Below are positions 35,617-44,344 of a stretch of DNA of 64,000 nt, one piece after another (position 1 is the stretch's first letter; every line of letters begins with the position of its first letter). Origin of the DNA: an uncultured Acidobacteriota bacterium (lineage in GTDB: Bacteria > Acidobacteriota > Thermoanaerobaculia > Multivoradales > JAHEKO01). The position numbers and the translations under genes are program-made. The DNA lies in assembly GCA_963713825.1 (NCBI GenBank), contig CAVQNG010000014.1, positions 96,001 through 160,000 on the forward strand, given 5' to 3'. Below the pieces are notes generated by a model. That model worked only from the letters and a program-made list of their open reading frames with translations, was not told the origin of the DNA and ran no database searches.

Positions 35617-38600
35617 TCATCGAAAGTCATGGCTGGGGGCCTCGGCGAGGTCGGGAAGGCGCCAGAGCCTGTCGGCCTTGACGGAAAGGGTCCCATCCCG
35701 TTTCTGTAGCACGCCCTCGACAACGAGGCCGGGGGAGCGCACGATGAGCTGCCGGTGCTCTTGGAGCAGAGCGGGCATGACGATGGCCTGGGACATGCCG
35801 CTCTCGTCCTCGAGCGTGAGGAACAGAATGCCTTTGGCTGTTCCCGGCCTTTGGCGCACGGTAACAGCCCCCGCCGTCCGCACCCGTTGACCATTGGGAA
35901 CGCAGTGCAGATCGGCAGCAGGGGTGACTCCCTGTCGGTTCAGGCTCGCACGTAGATGCTCCAGCGGATGGGGCCCGGTCGTCATCCCGGTTCCGGCGTA
36001 GTCGGAGAGGGTCTCGTCGTAGGGGGACATTTCTGGAAGGGGAGAGGCTCTGCCTTCTCCCTCCCGACTCGGGTCCTGGGTCCTGGGTGGGTGGGGGAGC
36101 CCAAGCCCCGGGTCCCACTGCCCAGGACCATTTCCCTCGAAGAGGGGACCGGCGGGGCGGGCTGCGCGGGCTACCTGCCATAGAGCGCCGCGTCGGGTGG
36201 CGCCCAGAGAGGCCAAAGCCCCGATCTCTGCCAGGACATCCAACTCCTCGCGCCGCAGTCGGCAGCGTCGCACCAGATCGTCGGCGTTGGAGAAGGTTCT
36301 ACGCTCCTGGGCCCACTCGATGGCTTCACCGGACTCCTTGCGGAGGCCCCTGACGAAGCGCAGACCGAGTCGGGCAGCACCGACAGGGTCCTGGGTCCTG
36401 GGCCCTGGGTCCTGGGTTCGTGGTGGAGCCCAAGCCCCGAGCCCCAAGCCCGGGTGGGAGGAAGGCGAGGCCCCTTCCTCCCACCGACACTTCCACCCCG
36501 AGTGGTTCACGTCGATGGGGCGAACCTCGACACCGTGACGCTGCGCATCCTTGATCAGCGTGGCGGGGTAATAGAACCCCATGGGCCAGGCATTGAGCAA
36601 CGCGATCAGGAAGGCGGTCGGGTGGTGGGCCTTGAGATAGGCGCTGGCGTAGGCGATCAGTGCGAAGCTGGCGGCGTGGGATTCGGGGAAGCCGTAGAGA
36701 GCAAAGGCGGTGATGGCCTGAACGACCTGCTCCTGAGCCTCGCCGACGATGCCCTTCTTCGTCATGCCACGACGCAGCTTGGCTTCGAGGTCCTGCATCC
36801 TTTCGGCAGAACGCTTGAACCCCATGGCCCGGCGCAGGTCCTCGGCTTCGCCGCCAGTGAACCCGGCGGCCACCATGGCAACACGCAGGATCTGTTCCTG
36901 AAAGAGCAACACTCCCAACGTGCGTTCCAGGATCGGCTGCAAGCTCGGGTGGGCGTAGGTCACCTCCTGGCGCCCCATCCGGCGCTCGAAGTAGGGGTGC
37001 ACCATGCCGCCAACGATGGGTCCAGGTCGAATGATGGCGACCTGGATCACCAGATCGTAGAAGCGGGTAGGAGCGTTGCGGGGTAGAGAGGCCATCTGGG
37101 CGCGGCTTTCTACCTGGAACACGCCAACCGTGTCGGCCCTGCGAAGCATCTCGAAGGTGGTGGGGTCCTCGGGCGGTAGGTGAGCGAGGTCGATCGCGAC
37201 CTTCTCGTGCTGGCGGATGAGCGGGATCGCCTCCTCCAGAGCCTGCAGCATTCCGAGGCCCAGTAGATCGACTTTGATGATCCCCAAATCAGCGCAGTCG
37301 TCTTTGTCCCACTGCACGACCACCCGGTCCTGCATGGCGGCAGGCTCCAGGGGTACGACCTCGTCGAGCCGCCCGGCGGCCATCACCATGCCTCCCGAAT
37401 GCTGCCCCAGGTGCCGTGGCAGGTTCTGGATCTTGCGCCACATCTCGGCGAAGAGCCGAATGCGCGACTCCTCAGGATCGAAGCCGGCGGCCGAAAGCTC
37501 GGTGGAGAGCGATTTGGGGTCGCCACGGCTGGTGTCGTAGCGCCACGTCCCGAGCTGCTTGGCGAGGCGATTCACCTGCTCCGCCGAGTAACCCAGCGCC
37601 TTGGCCACTTCCCGCGCCGCCGAGCGGTCCCGGTAGGTGATGACATTGGCGGTCATGGCGGCACCGTGGGGCCCATAACGCCGATAGACGTACTGGATGA
37701 CCTTCTCCCTCTGATCCCCGGAGGGCAGATCGAGATCGATGTCGGGCCACTCGCCCCGCTCTTCGGACAGGAAACGTTCGAACAACAGTTCCATCTTCAC
37801 CGGGTCGACGGCGGTGATCGACAGGGCATAGCAGACGGCGCTATTCGCCGCCGAGCCCCGCCCCTGAGACAGGATTCCCTCCCGCTTGCAGAACTGCACG
37901 ATGTCCCAGACGATCAGGAAGTAGCCGGCGAGATCGAGCTTGTCGATCATGGCGAGCTCTTTGCCGATCTGGTCCTGACTGCGGCCTGTGAGTGGGCGAA
38001 AGCGACTGCGAGCACTGTTCCAGGTGATGTGCCGCAGGTAGGACATGGGCGTTTCGCCGGGTGGAACGGGGTAGTCGGGAAAGCGATAGCCGAGATCGGC
38101 CAGGGTGAAGTCGAGCTGCTGGGCCAACTCATAGCTGCCGACGAGAGCCTCTGGGTGATCGGCGAACAGTCGATGCATCTCCGCCGCGCCTTTCAGGTGT
38201 CGCTCCCGGTTGGCGGCAAGCCGTTGTCCGGCGGCATCGAGGTAGGTGTGGTGACGGATGCAGGTGAGGATGTCGTGCAGCCTCTTGTCTTCGTCTCGGG
38301 CGTAGCGCACTGCGTTGGTGGCGACGAGGGGGAGGTCGAGCTGTCGTGCCAGGTCAACGAGTGCCTGGTTGCGATGCTCCTCGTGCCGCAGTCGGTGTCG
38401 TTGGAGCTCGATGTGGACCCGCCCCTCGAAAAGACGAGACAGGTTGAGGAGCTCGCGCCGGGCCGAGTCGGCGCCACTGGTTTCCAAGGTGTGGGCCAGC
38501 AGCGCCTCGTCTCCGCCGGTGAGGCAGTGGAGCCCGGCGCTGTGCTGCTCGAGGTCCTGCCAAGCGACGCGAGCCTCACCCTTGGGTCGGTCTCGAGCTG

Positions 38601-39252
38601 CAGCGGTCAGCAAACGGCAGAGATTGCGGTAGCCGGTGCGATTGCCGACGAGCAGGGAGAGACGGACTTCAGGGCCTGGGTCCTGGGTCCTGGGCCCTGG
38701 GGGGGTGGGGGAGCCCAAGCCCCGAGCCCCAAGCCCTGGTGGGGTGAGGGGGGACACGACCACCTCCGCGCCGACGATGGCCTTGATCCCTGCTTGGCGG
38801 GCTGCCTGGTAGAAGCGGGGTGCGCCGTAGACACCGTTGCGGTCCAGCAGAGCGACGGCGTCGAGATTCAGGTCGCAGGCTCTCTGAATCAGGTCCTCGG
38901 GCAGCGAGGCGCCATCCAGGAACGAGAAGGCGGAAGCGGTGCGAAGCTCGGCGTAAGGCAGCGGCGCGCTCGCCCTCTTGCTACCGCTCGAGGATGTCGC
39001 GCCTGAAGGTCTTGGGTCCTGGGTCCTGGGTCCTGGGTGGGAGGGGGAGCCCGAGCCCCGGGTCCCAAGCCGGGATGGGTGGGTGGGAGTGTAGTTCCTT
39101 TGTCGCAGTTTCTCCTTGCGGGCTCCGGGGGACAGGTATCCGGGTGTCCGCTGGTTCGCCAGGCTGGCGAAATCGATGGTAGGAGCCGTGGTTTCCCGGC
39201 TCTTCTCGGGGCTCGGGGATTCGGTCGGTTTGGCAGGTGGCTTGTCAGTCAT
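35617..39252 (-). CDS. dnaE2: Error-prone DNA polymerase DnaE2 (ImuC) with four in-frame repeat inserts
   Basis: YAEL..SAFSFLDGAS, GRGSAANS, PDIDLD, KVDLLGL, YGFPESHA, RQRPGTAKG, C-terminal SHDFR; ATG overlaps the imuB end. Confidence 0.95.
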   Translation of the reverse strand: MTDKPPAKPTESPSPEKSRETTAPTIDFASLANQRTPGYLSPGARKEKLRQRNYTPTHPSRLGTRGSGSPSHPGPRTQDPRPSGATSSSGSKRASAPLPYAELRTASAFSFLDGASLPEDLIQRACDLNLDAVALLDRNGVYGAPRFYQAARQAGIKAIVGAEVVVSPLTPPGLGARGLGSPTPPGPRTQDPGPEVRLSLLVGNRTGYRNLCRLLTAAARDRPKGEARVAWQDLEQHSAGLHCLTGGDEALLAHTLETSGADSARRELLNLSRLFEGRVHIELQRHRLRHEEHRNQALVDLARQLDLPLVATNAVRYARDEDKRLHDILTCIRHHTYLDAAGQRLAANRERHLKGAAEMHRLFADHPEALVGSYELAQQLDFTLADLGYRFPDYPVPPGETPMSYLRHITWNSARSRFRPLTGRSQDQIGKELAMIDKLDLAGYFLIVWDIVQFCKREGILSQGRGSAANSAVCYALSITAVDPVKMELLFERFLSEERGEWPDIDLDLPSGDQREKVIQYVYRRYGPHGAAMTANVITYRDRSAAREVAKALGYSAEQVNRLAKQLGTWRYDTSRGDPKSLSTELSAAGFDPEESRIRLFAEMWRKIQNLPRHLGQHSGGMVMAAGRLDEVVPLEPAAMQDRVVVQWDKDDCADLGIIKVDLLGLGMLQALEEAIPLIRQHEKVAIDLAHLPPEDPTTFEMLRRADTVGVFQVESRAQMASLPRNAPTRFYDLVIQVAIIRPGPIVGGMVHPYFERRMGRQEVTYAHPSLQPILERTLGVLLFQEQILRVAMVAAGFTGGEAEDLRRAMGFKRSAERMQDLEAKLRRGMTKKGIVGEAQEQVVQAITAFALYGFPESHAASFALIAYASAYLKAHHPTAFLIALLNAWPMGFYYPATLIKDAQRHGVEVRPIDVNHSGWKCRWEEGASPSSHPGLGLGAWAPPRTQDPGPRTQDPVGAARLGLRFVRGLRKESGEAIEWAQERRTFSNADDLVRRCRLRREELDVLAEIGALASLGATRRGALWQVARAARPAGPLFEGNGPGQWDPGLGLPHPPRTQDPSREGEGRASPLPEMSPYDETLSDYAGTGMTTGPHPLEHLRASLNRQGVTPAADLHCVPNGQRVRTAGAVTVRQRPGTAKGILFLTLEDESGMSQAIVMPALLQEHRQLIVRSPGLVVEGVLQKRDGTLSVKADRLWRLPDLAEAPSHDFR
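36071..36129. repeat. Heptamer quasi-palindromic element in dnaE2, copy D
   Basis: (GGGTCCT)2-GGGTGGGTGGGGGAG-CCCAAGC-CCCGGGT-CCCACTG-CCCAGGACC. Confidence 0.85.
36386..36454. repeat. Heptamer quasi-palindromic element in dnaE2, copy C
   Basis: (GGGYCCT)4 ... GGAG-CCCAAGC-CCCGAGC-CCCAAGC. Confidence 0.88.
38672..38753. repeat. Heptamer quasi-palindromic element in dnaE2, copy B
   Basis: GGGCCT(GGGYCCT)3, G-run, GAG-CCCAAGC-CCCGAGC-CCCAAGC. Confidence 0.88.
39008..39088. repeat. Heptamer quasi-palindromic element in dnaE2, copy A
   Basis: GGTCTT(GGGTCCT)3-GGGTGGGAGGGGGAG-CCCGAGC-CCCGGGT-CCCAAGC. Confidence 0.88.
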
Positions 39253-40762
39253 AAATACCGTCGGCGTACCACTCGCCGGTGGCGCGCTGGAAGAAGATTC
39301 GGAAGATGCCGCCATCGGCGAGCTCGACATCCCAGTAGTCGCGTTCCACGGGTTTCTCCGACCACCACTCTTCCTCCATGCTCCATGGCCCCGAGGCCAC
39401 CTTCACGCGTCCCTGGATGCGGGGCCTCTTGGCCGAGCTCTCGCTGAGGATGGAGAGGATCTCCCGGGGAGAGGCGAGATGGGAGATCACCTCGAGGGGT
39501 ACCGGGGGTCGCAGCGTGCGTATGGCGAGCAGGCCCCGCCCCACTTGTTGTTCAGGGCGCACCTCGGGAGGAGGAGGGGGGGCGTACTCCACAAGGGCAG
39601 AACGCTCGGGACGGTGGCCGTTTACTGTCCGAGGTGAGCCGACGCGCTCGGGGCCGAGCAGAGCGAAGAGACGTGCCAGCGTTGTGGCCAGCTTGTCGGG
39701 AGACAGGGCGGGAGGACCGAAGAGGGAAAGCTGAGCCTCTCTTGGTCGATCGGGGTGGGCGACGATCGTGAATCCGGTGACTGGCGCAGCAGGTGACTCT
39801 GCCTCCAGATCGAGGCGAATCAGTGTCAGTAGGGTCTTGGCCTCTCGGGTAGGGGCCGGCAGCTGGATGGTGCGGAGGTGGTGACCATCGGGCTCGAGGC
39901 GCAGCGATGTGTCGAGGCGCGCACAGGCCAACCCCCGACTTTCGAGTCGTTGGCAGAGACGCTTCAAGGCCGCACCGGCCACGAAGAGAAAGGGCTCCAG
40001 GTTGACCAATGGCCACTCGAGCTCCATGCCCTCGGCAAAGTGTGGCGGCGGTTGATAGGGAACGAGGGGGCGAGAGTCCAACCCGCGGGCCTTCTCATGC
40101 AGCTGTCGGCCTGTCTCTCCGAGACGGCTGGCGACCTCGTTCTTGGGCAGCCGGGCGAAGTCACCGACAGAGCGGATTCCCCAGCGCTCGAGGGTGTCGA
40201 GTATTTCGAACTCGGCGGCGAGGCTGCGCAGGGGCAAGGGGGCGAGAAAGCTCGCTTCTTCACCTGCGGGCACCCGGTTGGGTGAGTCTGGAAGCTCTGC
40301 CGCCACCCGTGCCGCCAGCTTGCTCGAGGCGATGCCCACCCAGGTGGTCAAGCCAGCCTTGTCGGTCGTTATTGTCAGGGCATGTCCGAGGTCCTGTTCG
40401 GGAGAGTCTCCCGGGAAATGGCGATCGAGGCCGTCCAGCTCGAGGTAGGCAATACCGTCTCCTGCGTCCTCGACTCGGGGAGAAAAACTCTCGGCGATCT
40501 CCAACAGGCTTTCCTGAGTCGCTTTTTCACAGGACATGTCGCGAGCTCGAACGGTGAGATTGGGCAGCAGGGCCCGAGCCTGGGGAAGGGACATCCCGGG
40601 GCGAATGCCGACCTGGCGAGCCCTGCGAGCGGCAGCGACAACCCGGGCAGCATTGCTGTTGCCTTGAAAGATGGCTACGGCCTCTCCTCGCAGCTCGGGT
40701 TCACTGCGTAGACGAGCGGCGAGAGGGAACAGGGGGGTGAAGAGGCAGGCGATTCGGGGCAT
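39245..40762 (-). CDS. imuB: ImuB, inactive Y-family polymerase
   Basis: GIRPGMSLPQARAL, FSPRVE, GIASSKLAA, C-terminal GPW..EEWW..RDYWDVE..W.ADGIYD; lacks the N-terminal catalytic Asp. Confidence 0.9.
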   Translation of the reverse strand: MPRIACLFTPLFPLAARLRSEPELRGEAVAIFQGNSNAARVVAAARRARQVGIRPGMSLPQARALLPNLTVRARDMSCEKATQESLLEIAESFSPRVEDAGDGIAYLELDGLDRHFPGDSPEQDLGHALTITTDKAGLTTWVGIASSKLAARVAAELPDSPNRVPAGEEASFLAPLPLRSLAAEFEILDTLERWGIRSVGDFARLPKNEVASRLGETGRQLHEKARGLDSRPLVPYQPPPHFAEGMELEWPLVNLEPFLFVAGAALKRLCQRLESRGLACARLDTSLRLEPDGHHLRTIQLPAPTREAKTLLTLIRLDLEAESPAAPVTGFTIVAHPDRPREAQLSLFGPPALSPDKLATTLARLFALLGPERVGSPRTVNGHRPERSALVEYAPPPPPEVRPEQQVGRGLLAIRTLRPPVPLEVISHLASPREILSILSESSAKRPRIQGRVKVASGPWSMEEEWWSEKPVERDYWDVELADGGIFRIFFQRATGEWYADGIYD

Positions 40763-40781
40763 GTTCTTTCAGGGCCTCGAT

Positions 40782-41600
40782 TCACCCCCCGATGGATGCC
40801 GTTGCAGTGCCGTAGATCAGCGCGGCAGGTGGCTGCAGTCGGAGGACCTCGGTTCGGTTGCCCTGTTGTCGGCGCATTTTCTGCAGAGTGAGGCGGGAAG
40901 AGAGCCCCACCAGAAGTTTGGGCCCCGGAGCAACTCCGGACCACAGAGCCCGACCGTAGTCGGCTTTCACCACACCGGCTGCTGCCGTGCCACTCACCCG
41001 GTAGGGGCTCGAGACGAGAAGTGCCGCCTGATGGCTCTGTGCCGCTTTTGCCAATCGCAGCCAAGAGGCTTCGACACCTCGCCCCCCAGGTACGGGTGGG
41101 TTGCCCAGGTCGACGATGACGAGTGGAAAGCCGCCGGCAAGCAGCACCTCGGCGCTGATCAGGGTCTGTTTCAGATGCCCGGGGCGGGCCCAGAGCAGTC
41201 GCTCGAGATCGACTCCTGCGGTCGCGGCTAGCTGAGGGTCGAAAGCGTCCCCCAGGTCTACCAATGCCGCCGCTTCTCCAGCCCGGGTGGCACTGGCGAG
41301 GGATGCGAGTATGGTGGAGAAGCGGCCGCTCGATTGGCGCCCGATGAGCTCGACGAGCTGCCCCTGCGGTAGCCCACCGACGAGCAGCTGGTCGAGAGCC
41401 GTGGCGGTGGGAAAGGGGGAGGGGAGGGGGGTCGCCGTGCGTTGCTGCACCCACTCGCGGCCACTGTTGAGATGGCTTTGCAGGTGGTGGGGAAGCTTCG
41501 AACGGAAGGTGCCGATCGTCGCAGAAGATCGCCTGGTAGTGGGTTCTGGTTCCTCGAAGGCTTTCTGTGGAGTCGTTGTCAGGGCTTGCGACAATGCCAT
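40782..41600 (-). CDS. imuA: ImuA / RecA-like accessory protein
   Basis: LDQLLVGGLPQGQLVELIG, degenerate Walker A, ALVD..FDP..GVDLERLL; first gene of the imuAB-dnaE2 cassette. Confidence 0.82.
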   Translation of the reverse strand: MALSQALTTTPQKAFEEPEPTTRRSSATIGTFRSKLPHHLQSHLNSGREWVQQRTATPLPSPFPTATALDQLLVGGLPQGQLVELIGRQSSGRFSTILASLASATRAGEAAALVDLGDAFDPQLAATAGVDLERLLWARPGHLKQTLISAEVLLAGGFPLVIVDLGNPPVPGGRGVEASWLRLAKAAQSHQAALLVSSPYRVSGTAAAGVVKADYGRALWSGVAPGPKLLVGLSSRLTLQKMRRQQGNRTEVLRLQPPAALIYGTATASIGG

Positions 41601-41657
41601 GTTCCATTCCGTTTCCGGCTCGGAGAGCCGTGGGAGCGGGTGTTTTGCCAGACAAAC

Positions 41658-41686
41658 ATGCTAGGCGTAAATAAGGCGTAAGTCAA
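41658..41686 (-). promoter_or_regulatory. Sigma70-type promoter of imuA with a direct repeat across the spacer
   Basis: TTGACT-17 bp-TAGCAT, overlapping TTACGCCT x2 at an 11-bp period. Confidence 0.65.
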
Positions 41687-41800
41687 GGTGAAAAGGCATC
41701 CATTCCCCCGCATGATTCCTGACCGCGCCAGCAGGCTAGAACTTGCTAGACTTTCTGTCAGTCGAAACGACCCTACCTTGGCAATCAGGAGGCCTTGAAC

Positions 41801-42409
41801 ATGCGCTCGAGGACTCGGCAAGTTCCCCGTAGAACCTCCAGAGCCTCTGTCTGTCTTGCTTTTCTACTGGCGATCCTGAGCGGGCTGGTTGCCTCTCCAT
41901 CCGTCACCTCGCAGACTGAAGGAGCAGCCGAAATGACCTTGACGCTGACCTCTACCCGTTTCGAAAACGGCGCCGAGATTCCCCGCCGCTACACCTGTGA
42001 GGGCGAAGACCTCTCACCACCACTGGCATGGTCAGGAGCTCCCGAGGGCACGGTGGGCCTGGCTCTCATCGTCGACGACCCGGATGCACCCGACCCCGCT
42101 GCACCGAAGATGACCTGGGTTCATTGGGTGGTGTACAACCTGCCGGTCGCTGCTGGCAGCCTTGCGGAAGGCATCGCCTTCGAAGAGCTACCAGCAGCGA
42201 CCGGAATAGGACTGAACGACTGGCAGCGCGCCGAGTACGGGGGCCCCTGTCCTCCCATCGGCCGCCACCGCTACTTTTTCAAGCTCTACGCTCTCGATAC
42301 CCGATTACCCGATGGGTGGCAACCGACCAAAGCCCAACTCGAGATGGCCATCCAAGGGCACATCCTGGCCCAGACCGAGTTGATGGGTACCTACCAGAAA
42401 CAGCGCTGA
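41801..42409 (+). CDS. YbhB/YbcL (PEBP/RKIP-like) protein
   Basis: YTCEGEDLSPPLAW, DDPDAP, WVHWVVYN, GGPCPP, HRYFFKLYALD; start uncertain. Confidence 0.9.
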   Translation: MRSRTRQVPRRTSRASVCLAFLLAILSGLVASPSVTSQTEGAAEMTLTLTSTRFENGAEIPRRYTCEGEDLSPPLAWSGAPEGTVGLALIVDDPDAPDPAAPKMTWVHWVVYNLPVAAGSLAEGIAFEELPAATGIGLNDWQRAEYGGPCPPIGRHRYFFKLYALDTRLPDGWQPTKAQLEMAIQGHILAQTELMGTYQKQR

Positions 42410-42428
42410 GCGATCTAGGAAAAGGCGA

Positions 42429-42755
42429 CTACCTGCCGCCCTCTTCTTCCTGGAGCTTTTCGCCTTCTTCCTTGAGCTTCTCGCCGGCGTCTTCCATCAC
42501 CTCGCCGGTGGCTTTTTTGGCGTCATCGACCATCTCGCCGGTGGCTTCGGCAGCCTCTTCGCCCATCTCCTTGGCGCCTTCAGCCATCTCACCGGCAGTG
42601 TCCTTGACCTCTTCGGCGCTCTCCTTGACGGCGTCGCCGGCAGCGTCGACGGCCTCGCCCGCTGATTCACGAGCTTCTTTGCCACAGGCTGTGGCAGAGA
42701 GTGTCAACGCTCCGACAGCAGCTACGATCAACAATACCCAAAGTACCTTCTTCAT
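42429..42755 (-). CDS. Small acidic lipoprotein with about 11-aa helical repeats
   Basis: Signal peptide and lipobox ATAC; A/E/G/K-rich repeats. Confidence 0.75.
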   Translation of the reverse strand: MKKVLWVLLIVAAVGALTLSATACGKEARESAGEAVDAAGDAVKESAEEVKDTAGEMAEGAKEMGEEAAEATGEMVDDAKKATGEVMEDAGEKLKEEGEKLQEEEGGR

Positions 42756-42852
42756 TTCCGAGCTCCTCCCTTTTCCCTGGTGATTTCAGTCAATACGGGC
42801 TGACGATCCCGGTCAGTGCCTTTGCCACGAGATTGTCGTGCCGTAGAAGAGA

Positions 42853-42880
42853 ATCCTAGCGCTTTGGGAGTGGAAGTCAA
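42853..42880 (-). promoter_or_regulatory. Sigma70-type promoter of the lipoprotein gene
   Basis: TTGACT-16 bp-TAGGAT. Confidence 0.5.
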
Positions 42881-43009
42881 CTAGGCTTGGGGAACCGGGC
42901 CCAGGACGAGCGGTTGGAGGTCTGGCTGGGCGAGAGGAAGGACGCCTGGTCGCCGCTATAATCGCTGCGTCGGACAGGAGTCATGATCTACACAAATTCG
43001 GGAGGAACC

Positions 43010-44344
43010 ATGGATAGGCCGATCCACCGTGTGGTCGATTTAATCGACGAGGATAGTCAGCAGATCTTCAACATGGATCTAGAGGAAGCGCGCGCGCTTC
43101 TCTTGCACGAAGACGCGACTGCATTGATGCAGTTGCTGGGGTCGTTTGCACTCACAACACGACAGGGTGAAGTCATCCGGATGGCCAGGAGCCTCGACCG
43201 GCCGATGCGCTACTTCCTGGCCAAACAGGAGAGTGGGCCTCTGCTCGTGGTGGCCGACCGCATCGACGAGATCAAGGAGTTTCTCGAGGCGGAAGGATAT
43301 GGCGACCAGTTTCACCCGAGCTATACCCGCATGGTGCCTGCCCATCATGTGACTTCGATTCGACTGATCGGCTGTCCCGACCCCAACCCGCTCTACCAGC
43401 GATTTCTGGAGCCTGCGGCCGACACCTTGCAGGCCGACGTCGATCTGATTGGCGAGCGCTATGTCAGGGCACTCTGGGAGGCTCTGGATGCCTGGCTACA
43501 GGTTGTGCCTCGACGAGAGCCCATCGGAGTTCTGTTCTCCGGCGGTCTCGACAGCGGTTCGGTGCTGCTGTGCCTGTACAAGCTCTTGCTCGAACGCGGT
43601 CAGAGTCCATCGCGATTGAAGGCGTTCACACTGGCCGTCGATGGTCTCGGCTCGGATGCGACGCAGGCCCGCGAGTTTCTGCGTCGAACAGATCTCGAGG
43701 TGCTGGGCGAGCCGGTGGAAGTCGATTCCGGGAGCCTCGACCCCTTCCAGGCAGTCGATGTGATCGAGGACTACAAGCCCCTGGACGTCGAGTGCGCGAC
43801 CGTCAACCTGGCCCTGGTCGAGGAGCTGCGTCGGCGCTATCCCGATTGGCTGTATCTGGCCGATGGCGATGGGGGCGATGAGAATCTCAAGGACTATCCG
43901 ATCGAAGAGAATCGCGAGCTGACGATTCGTAGCGTGGTCAATAACCCGTTGTTGTATCAAGAAGGATGGGGAGTCGATCGAATCAAGCACTCGCTGACGT
44001 ACAGCGGCGGGCAGAGCCGTGGATGCGTCAGGGTTCACGCCCCGCTGCGAAAGTACGGCTTTCTGGGCTTCAGTCCCTTCACGCATCCAAGTCTGGTATC
44101 CCTGGCTGCCGCCATTCCCTTTGACGAGCTCACCAGGGGATCGATCGAAACGCTCTATTCGCTGAAGGGTGAGATCTTGCGGCGCGGCGTCAAGGCTGTC
44201 ACTGGAATGGAGCTACCGGTCTTCCCAAAGCGGAGGTTTCAAGAGGGTGCCGGACCCGAGTCGGTCTTGGCGAAGTGCTTTCCGGCGGATCCCGAGGCCT
44301 ACCGGAATCACTATCTGGATCTCTACCGGCACGACCACAGGTGA
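43010..44344 (+). CDS. Asparagine synthase-like (PP-loop N-type ATP pyrophosphatase) protein
   Basis: LFSGGLDSG and GDGGDE; degenerate Ntn-like N-domain without the N-terminal Cys; GGAGG RBS; TATAAT at 42957. Confidence 0.8.
   Translation: MDRPIHRVVDLIDEDSQQIFNMDLEEARALLLHEDATALMQLLGSFALTTRQGEVIRMARSLDRPMRYFLAKQESGPLLVVADRIDEIKEFLEAEGYGDQFHPSYTRMVPAHHVTSIRLIGCPDPNPLYQRFLEPAADTLQADVDLIGERYVRALWEALDAWLQVVPRREPIGVLFSGGLDSGSVLLCLYKLLLERGQSPSRLKAFTLAVDGLGSDATQAREFLRRTDLEVLGEPVEVDSGSLDPFQAVDVIEDYKPLDVECATVNLALVEELRRRYPDWLYLADGDGGDENLKDYPIEENRELTIRSVVNNPLLYQEGWGVDRIKHSLTYSGGQSRGCVRVHAPLRKYGFLGFSPFTHPSLVSLAAAIPFDELTRGSIETLYSLKGEILRRGVKAVTGMELPVFPKRRFQEGAGPESVLAKCFPADPEAYRNHYLDLYRHDHR

Noticed and set aside
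37399-39006. 535-aa plus-strand ORF
   Set aside because: Antisense shadow of dnaE2.
36071-39088. Inteins as the explanation for the DnaE2 inserts
   Set aside because: The inserts are only 20-30 aa and lack Cys/Ser starts, His-Asn ends and HINT motifs.
36071-39088. CRISPR array
   Set aside because: The repeats are heptamer tandems at irregular spacing (0.3-2.3 kb) inside a gene; no cas genes or regular spacers anywhere in the window.
42429-42755. RiPP precursor for the neighbouring radical SAM / Asn-synthase pair
   Set aside because: It is divergently transcribed with its own promoter and is a lipoprotein with helical repeats; no leader/core layout, peptidase or RRE nearby.
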